From positions 1,116,001-1,180,000 of the forward strand of contig OZ251225.1 in assembly GCA_965240325.2 (NCBI GenBank): a stretch of 64,000 bases of DNA, read 5' to 3'. The notes below the pieces were generated by a model. It ran no database searches. It saw only the letters and a program-made list of their open reading frames with translations, and was not told the DNA's origin. The DNA is from Rebecca billardiae RCC1528 (taxonomy: Eukaryota > Protista > Haptophyta). The translations under genes were made by a program, and so were the position numbers. This document shows positions 57,300-64,000 of this stretch, piece after piece. How positions within the stretch are numbered: position 1 is the stretch's first letter; the number at the start of each line of letters is the position of its first letter.

Positions 57300-59759
57300 G
57301 GCGCGGGCCGCTGAAATCAAGCGCCGAGCAGTGTCAGAAATGCCTCGTATCGTCAGTTTCAATCCGCAATCGACGCGCTGACAATCCACAATCGGTGCGC
57401 TTGGCGCCCTCGGCGTGCGCCCAGTCAATCGCCGACTGAATTGCGGTGTCATAATAACCGGGCTGCGGGACCTAGCTAGTACAGGGTCTCCAACATTAAA
57501 CTGGACACTTTGGGCAGCAGCTCAGCGTACGGCCTGTGGCTGCCTCGCGCGGGGTCAGGAGCGGCCAGCTCGGCTCGTGTGCACCCCACTAGGTCTGTCT
57601 GCGACCGCGCATAGCCGGGCAGCCCGCGTGGAGCACCCCTCTGGGTCATGCGGACAGTCGGCACAAGGCTGGTCGTGAGGGCCGTGAAGCAGCCGTGTGG
57701 CTTCTGCGCATGTCTGTAGCCAGCAAGCCCGCTCAAGGCCGCGCAGATATTATTACGTGGCATGGTCGATGACTATGCGGCATGCGCTCGACAGCCCTGG
57801 GCAAGCCCGGACGTAGCGCTACACCAGGAGTATATACGGCTCGATCGGACCAGCCTACCAGTTGCGCACCTCGCTTGCACAGCTGCTGCACAGCCCATCG
57901 ATCGGCTCTGGCCGTGCAGGCAAGGGCTACAGTCGGCGCCACTACCCGCAGCGAACGCTGGAGACCCACCAGTGCGCGCACCAACCCGCCCGCCGCCAAA
58001 TGCAACCGTGCGCCAGATACGAATTTTAGCAGGCATGCCACCCGCGGGGGCTCCGTGGACCTGTTCAGAGCCAACCGCTAGTCGGTTGAGCTGTACATCC
58101 AAGCCAGCCCTGGCCACACGCTGAGCGCGCCGCTCGCTGCACCCACACCCTGTCGTCATCCGAGGAGTAAGGTCCATGGCGCTCATGCGAGCCTCTGGCC
58201 CATCTCATCGTTAGCAGCCGTAGTCAGCAAAAATCAGTGTCCGAACAATTGTTGGGGACCGCCCTGTAGCTGATCGCCCGTCGCCACAGCCTGGACTGCT
58301 GGAGTCGCTGCCCGGCCCGCGCTTCAAGCTGATCAGCTTCACTGACTGCACCGTCCTGACTGTGCGGCAGGACGAGCGAGTGCCCATTGCAATCACTCAA
58401 TCAGGGATACGGAGACTATATATATATATGGGTGTCCGTTGCACAGCTTCGTGATGCGCTCTTCGTCCGCGCCCTCTCGCAGGACTAGCCAGGTCCTGGA
58501 TCCCTTTGCGGATCCGGTCGAGACAGAGAGTCTAACTAACTACTGTCATACCCGGATCCGGGGGGGGGGGGGGCACATTGCCCGCCTAGTTACTAGTAGG
58601 GCTCATGGCGGCACTGGCTGCATACCGTACGGTACACCGGCGGCAAGTGGTGGTCGGCCTCCGCCCCACGACGAGCGGCCGGCCATCCCCGTCTAACGCA
58701 CTACAGTATGACCTAGCTACCCGGGTACAGGAGTGGATACGGGCTAACTCACTTAACTGTTTATAACTTAACTGGACCGACAGGGGCTATCTGGACACTC
58801 AGCGGGCCGGCGGCCTCTTGGCGAGGGCTCGTGGGCGAACGAGCACGAGCGCCCACTGGCGGGTCCCCACGACGGCGCACGATGTTTGCAGACCTCACCT
58901 GGTCGTGGGGCGTCGTCTGCGCACGCGCCAGGTCGCGCTTCTCGACACCTTCGCCTTGTTTCGTGAGTTCCGCGCATTAAGGCCGAACGCTAGCGTTTCA
59001 AGCCGCAATGCGCGTGCGCGGACTCAGGAAGGGCGGACTCCGAGGCAAGGCGCGGTTGCGCTGGCGTGGGTAGGTCCCAGAGCAACCGTCCGAGCCGCTG
59101 CACACGCTTTTCCTCCGTGCGCGCGTCTCTGAGTTCGATTCCCATGCCTCAGCCAGTGCTAGGGGCTAATTGGACAGTGCCATTGCGGCCGCCACGCGTG
59201 GAGACGGGCCCGCAGCGCAGAAAGCGCGCTGCGGCGGAACTCCGGGGACCCCCTGAAGTCCATCCCTGGCGTCCCTTCGACCCCGATGCTCCCAAACAGG
59301 CCTCCACGTGAGTTGGGTCGGCCACCGGGTCCAGTTTCACCCACCTGTCGTGTCCACGAGGACCAGGGCGGTGTTCACAGCAGCTTGATCTGGTTCAAGC
59401 CCGAAGCCTGCGGAAGCCCGCGAAGCTCCGGCCGGGATTTCATGAATACTCGCGGGAAATCAAAGCTGCTCCGATTTCTCAAACGTTGGAATCAGTAGGG
59501 AAAACCACAAATAGTGAGGGTTGAAAGGCTCCTACGAGAGATCGCGCGCCAATTGAAGGCTTTCATCACGGATGGAGCTTATTGGAGCTACTCCCACCGT
59601 TCGATTCTTTCGGTCAATGAAAGTCGATTTGCCCGCGCGCGCCTGCCGGTGAGCGGGCCTCTCGTTTGCAACCCGGGACGAAGCTCGGCGCGTGCGGGCG
59701 AGACCCCGCAGTCCGCACGACCGCGAAAGGCAGGAAGTTGCCCTCCTCCCCCCGCCTCG

Positions 59760-60950
59760 ATGGCCCCGCTCACCGCCGACCGCCCGCTCCGCTGGGGGCT
59801 CCTTGGGACGGGTCGCGTTGCCCATGACTTCGCGGCCGCTATCTACTCTGCACCCAACAACGAGATCACGCTTGTCGCCGGTCGTTCGCCCTCCGGCGCG
59901 CAGAAGATGGCATCGATCTACGGCGGTCGCGGCACGACGCGCGAGGGTACCGACGCCTACCAGGAGCTCGTCGAGTCGCCAGATGTGGATGTCGTGTACG
60001 TCGGAACTTACCAGCGGGACCACGCGGCGCACGTCCTCCTCTGCCTGCGCCACGGCAAGCACGTCGTCTGCGAGAAGCCCATGTGCATGACTGCGTCCGA
60101 GGCTCGCCAGTGCGTAGCGGAGGCGCGCAAGAACCGCGTGCTGCTCGTGGAGGGTCACTGGACGCACTGCTGGCCCGCCGCGCGTGCTGCCACCCGGCTC
60201 ATCCAGGAGGAGGGCAAGATCGGCGAGGTCCAGAACGTCACGTCCGACTTCTCGTTCCCATACCCCACCGACCCGAGCAAGCCCGAGTTCCAGAATGCGA
60301 TGGGAGGCGGTGCGACCATGCTGGTGGGTGTCTACCCTCTCTGCATGGTCATGCGCCACCTGGGCAAGCCGTTGAGCGTCCAGGCCGCGGGCATCACCGA
60401 GTCCACGTCGAAGGAGGGCTGCGTGGACACCTCGGCCTCCGTCGTGATGAAGTTCGATGGCGGCAAGACGGGCGTCGCGACGTACGGCTGGAAGGGCGAG
60501 GGGCGGCAGGAGACGGTCATCACCGGGGACAAGGGGTTCATCATCCTAAACAACCCGGCGCACGCGCCCATCCAGCTCACGCTCGTCGTGCAGGCGGGCG
60601 AGCGCAACAAGTACACGACCGAGGTGATGGAGTTCCCGATGCCAAAGCACCCAGAGGGCCTGCCGCCGATCATCCACCCCCACTCGGAGGGCTTCCTGTA
60701 CGAGGTTCAGGCCGTGGAGGCGGCGCTTCGCGCGGGTCACGCCGAGTGCGAGTCCATGCCCATGTCCGCCACCGTGCACCTGGCCGAGACGGTCGACAAG
60801 ATCCGCATGGCCCTGGGGGTGCATTGGCACACGGACAGCCGCTGGCCCCGACTCCTGGCTCGCATGCCCGCGACCGCGCCGACCGCGCTCGCTGCCGCTG
60901 TCGGGGTGGTCGGCGCCGGCCTGACTCTTGTGATGGCTGCTGGCGGCTGA
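59760..60950 (+). CDS. Gfo/Idh/MocA oxidoreductase (dihydrodiol/D-xylose dehydrogenase-like) with a hydrophobic C-terminal tail
   Basis: Motifs LRWGLLGTGRVA.DF, DVDVVYVGT, GKHVVCEKP, GGGA...GVYP and GF.YE. Confidence 0.92.
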   Translation: MAPLTADRPLRWGLLGTGRVAHDFAAAIYSAPNNEITLVAGRSPSGAQKMASIYGGRGTTREGTDAYQELVESPDVDVVYVGTYQRDHAAHVLLCLRHGKHVVCEKPMCMTASEARQCVAEARKNRVLLVEGHWTHCWPAARAATRLIQEEGKIGEVQNVTSDFSFPYPTDPSKPEFQNAMGGGATMLVGVYPLCMVMRHLGKPLSVQAAGITESTSKEGCVDTSASVVMKFDGGKTGVATYGWKGEGRQETVITGDKGFIILNNPAHAPIQLTLVVQAGERNKYTTEVMEFPMPKHPEGLPPIIHPHSEGFLYEVQAVEAALRAGHAECESMPMSATVHLAETVDKIRMALGVHWHTDSRWPRLLARMPATAPTALAAAVGVVGAGLTLVMAAGG

Positions 60951-61377
60951 ATCTAGTACGAGTGCTGCTTCCTCTCGGCGCGGACGCTTTGCCAGCTGCT
61001 GCATGCAGCCGGCACGCGGGCCGGCAGACGAGCGTGACTACGTACGAAGTACGGGCCCGGCGACGGACCTAATCAGTCATGAGACTCGTGGGCTGATGCG
61101 CGGGCGGCCTCGTCGCGGGCGGCCACTGTGAAGCCTGTGCCCTGACTGGCCACGGCCCACTCCCGCAGCCTGGCAGTCACTGTCACTATTCCAGTGGCAC
61201 GGTCTGCGCGTGGATCAATTACATCCATACTAGTTTTACCTGAAGTCTTCATAAAGTCTGTGAGTCCGAAGAACGCGACCGTCGCGGTTTAGTGAATATT
61301 AGACGCGCAGCCGCAGAGACCGTGAGAGAGTCAATAGTCATCACTCGGACTCGGAGTCACTGGCAGTGAGTCGCAGA

Positions 61378-61631
61378 CGGCCCCCCCGAAAGCCAAAGGT
61401 CTCGTCAGAGTGAGTCACTACAGTAGGAGCGTGAGCGAAAGCCGGGCCCGGGGGGCCGGGGGGGGGGGGGGGGGCAAGTACTCCGCAAAATCGTCAATAA
61501 AAAGATCGCGATATAATGGCGCGCGTGATTTTGGGCGCGGTACTACGACTTATGGCGCACGGCCCCCCCCCGAAAGGTCTGAGCGTGAGCGAAAGCCGGG
61601 GGGGGGGCGGCGCACGTGCTCCGCAAAATCA
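61378..61631. repeat. Two diverged direct copies of a ~70-bp C-tract/G-tract hairpin unit (probable TE end)
   Basis: CGGC(n)GAAAG..GTCT..GAGCGTGAGCGAAAGCCGG(n)...CTCCGCAAAATC at ~61378-61492 and ~61560-61630. Confidence 0.75.
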
Positions 61632-63735
61632 AAAAGAGGATGCGCGCAGGATTTTGGGGATTTTTGTAGCAGATGTGACCGGACCCCTAGTGGACGCATT
61701 TCGCTGCCAATGATTGCGTTTGTAGTAGATGCTAATTTTAACGATAGTAACACTTAGGGGAATGCAGGGTGGAATAGCACATAACACCAGCCGTGTGTTC
61801 GAACATTCCGTCATAGTAAGATGCTTGAATTGTAAGAGCCTGAAACAGCTCGCCAACCATAGAAAAGAGAGATTCGATCGGCTTTTATGTCGCTTGAAGT
61901 AAAGTATTGCCGGCATCTGAAGTCATGAACCGTCGCTTCTCAGTGGCGGATATCATCAGGTTATGGCGCGATGTTCTAGGGCACGCGATCCGCATCGTTT
62001 CGCACGAACCCTCGCGGGCGACGAGATATATCATTGACGCGGGTAGCCCTTTAAGGCGTTCCCGTACCCGCGCGCGATTCATAACCGTACCTTTTCTGAT
62101 TACTATAATTATCTCCCGTCGATTAATACTGCTCATCGCTACAAAAGGCGCTGCCACTGCCTTGGCCACTGGCCACTGGCAAACTCGACGCGGGCTCGCG
62201 AACAGGCGGGCACTGCACGCGATCGTTCAATCCGACAAGACTCAGCGCCGGTGCGCGCAGATCTGCGGCGGGTCCCAACGGCCGTCGGCATCGCATTCGT
62301 GCCTCGTTCACCCCGCGCGCCCCGCCCTGCCATGCCTCTTCGGCCCAGTGCGTTTTCCAACCGAGCACGTCGTCACTCGGTCGCACGAACGCGGCCGTTG
62401 TCGACCGGCTCGTAGCTGACCATTCGCGCGCCCGCGCGCGCCACGCCGCACGCCGCGCAGCTGAGGCTCTCGGCATGTTCAGAAGTCGCTCGCCCAACCC
62501 TCACCGCTCACGCTCGCGCCGTCCATGACCATGGCCGAGCTGTGATGGCTGAGCCGCGTGCGGCGTGCTGACGGCTGCGCATGGCGGCGCGGCAAGCATT
62601 TGGCGCGCGAGCCGCGCGCTGACCGTGAGGAGGGGCTCTGGCGCTCACTCGACGGATGCCTGACCGTGCCTGACACGAGAGCCACAGGCTTAGATCTGCG
62701 AGCGGCGAGCCCGCGATGATGGCGAGTTGGCATATGCTACGGGCGACGCCGTGCTCCCCTCTCGCCCGTGCTCGCAGTAGTCCTCGCGCTCCGGGCCGTC
62801 GGCCGACAGCACCCGCGGCGGCACCGACGCGCACAGCCATGCAGCGGCCCTCGCACCGAGTGCATCGACGCGGCGGCGAGCCTGACAGACAAAGGCGTGC
62901 AAGGAGCGGCTACTGCGGCTGCGGGAGGTCGTAGATAGACAGGCTCGAGCCGCGGCTGCTCGCGACGCTCTTCCCCGCAGCGAGCTCGTCCGACGCTGCG
63001 CCGATCCCGCCGAGCGCGCGAGGCTGTGCGAGGCTGAGACGGGCGAGCTGCCGAGCGCGATCTCCGCGCTGCGCGCGGCCACAGACAACAGGGCTGCCCG
63101 ATGCGCACCGGGCGGAGGCGCTGCGGCTGCTGCGCGTCGAGTTCGACAGGCGGCGCAGCCCCCCGAGGCCCGGGCCGTCGACCGCGTCGATTACTCGCGC
63201 CCGCGCCTCCTGCACGGCGACGCGCCGGGCGCGCGCATCGTCATTCGGTGAAGAACGCGACGACTATTGCATACCAGTAGGGCCGTGCGCCCTCAACTTC
63301 GTTGTTTACTACCCGAAGATCGGCGTAGCCGATCATTCTTATATATACGGAATTAGGAGAGAAAAAAGAGTGCTGTAGACTATATATATATGTAGTGAGC
63401 AGACGACGACTTTCGGACACTCCGCTGATTACAATTTACATTTTAGTAGTCGTTACTAGAATTTACGAGTGGCGCCTTTAATTGCGTAACTTGTACTGCC
63501 AGATTCCCCGAGGGACCTCCCCGTATTAATCCTTATTTTCAAGATATAGTCTCCTAAGACGAGTACGTTGCTCTGAGTCTGAGATCCGCGCATTCTAAGT
63601 AAGGTGCTAGCTGATAATACATGTCTGTCCGCATTGGACCGTCCCGGCGTCCGGCGCCCGCGCCGGAAGCCGCGTACGAGTGTAAGGGCACGTAGTTGGG
63701 CGTTGGGCACGCGTGCATGCCAGCAAATCGTGCGC

Positions 63736-64000
63736 TCATGTATGTTCTGCCTTAACGTAGTACCACCCGACGAGTGAGAGCGCGTGCGTGCGTGCGAAGT
63801 CGGCCACCGGCCAGCGACCACGCTGCGATGGTGAGGCCAGTGCACCATCGAACGCAATCCGAGCACCGCCTGGCTGAGCAAAAAGTAGGACAAAGTATCG
63901 ATGGAAGCCTGTGCGAGGAGGAGGCGTCGGTGGCATGTATTGAGTGCGCACATCACCCCCGGCCACCTCCTTCCCGGGGATGTTCACAACCAGCCAGTGC
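63736..64000 (-). CDS. 3' end of a phosphatidylethanolamine-binding protein (PEBP/RKIP family)
   Basis: HWLVVNIPG...YMPPTPP..TGFHRYFVLLFAQ; the 5' part lies beyond the window. Confidence 0.92.
   Translation of the reverse strand, partial: HWLVVNIPGKEVAGGDVRTQYMPPTPPPRTGFHRYFVLLFAQPGGARIAFDGALASPSQRGRWPVADFARTHALSLVGWYYVKAEHT

Noticed and set aside
59060-59410. B-box-like words GAGTTCGATTCCC (59131) and GGTTCAAGCCC (59392) as tRNA or SINE
   Set aside because: T-stems do not pair and no cloverleaf can be built.
57400-59500. Possible retroelement or pseudogene remnant
   Set aside because: No RT, integrase or other domain motif visible.
62400-63250. GC-rich coding-like stretch with a single CEHGR motif
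   Set aside because: Frames are broken by stops and one short motif is insufficient.

Overview
Eukaryotic nuclear DNA that is very GC-rich in coding regions and has short GC-rich GT-AG introns. The flagellar gene TTC29 and the intron style suggest a flagellated alga, possibly a haptophyte (inference only). I can support about 21 protein-coding genes. In window order: partial RST-domain protein, giant Ala-rich coiled-coil protein, PP1 inhibitor-2, IRE/Rim15/Greatwall-type kinase, a hypothetical protein, GtrA-like membrane protein, RNI-type LRR protein, CAF1 deadenylase, TTC29, O-methyltransferase, two-repeat MYB, XRCC4, TAF7, mitochondrial S18, YIF1, a secreted Ser-Pro-rich protein, a divergent PI4-kinase, EAPP, a family-16 methyltransferase, a Gfo/Idh/MocA oxidoreductase and partial PEBP. 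Most genes sit in head-to-head pairs. The spacers between them are AT-richer, palindrome-rich and full of decayed DNA-transposon pieces: a Tc1/mariner-like MITE family with a 43-bp TIR, a PIF/Harbinger-like 1.35-kb element, and a hairpin-ended family. The most notable signals are: (1) an intronless divergent PI4K bracketed by ~1-kb inverted diverged arms; (2) repeat decay by duplicative and fold-back insertions; (3) self-complementary intron ends; (4) a phased iteron-like 12-mer array upstream of YIF1; (5) Sfi1-like centrin-binding motifs in the coiled-coil protein. No rRNA, tRNA or CRISPR array is supported. All family calls come from motif recognition by eye, not from database searches.
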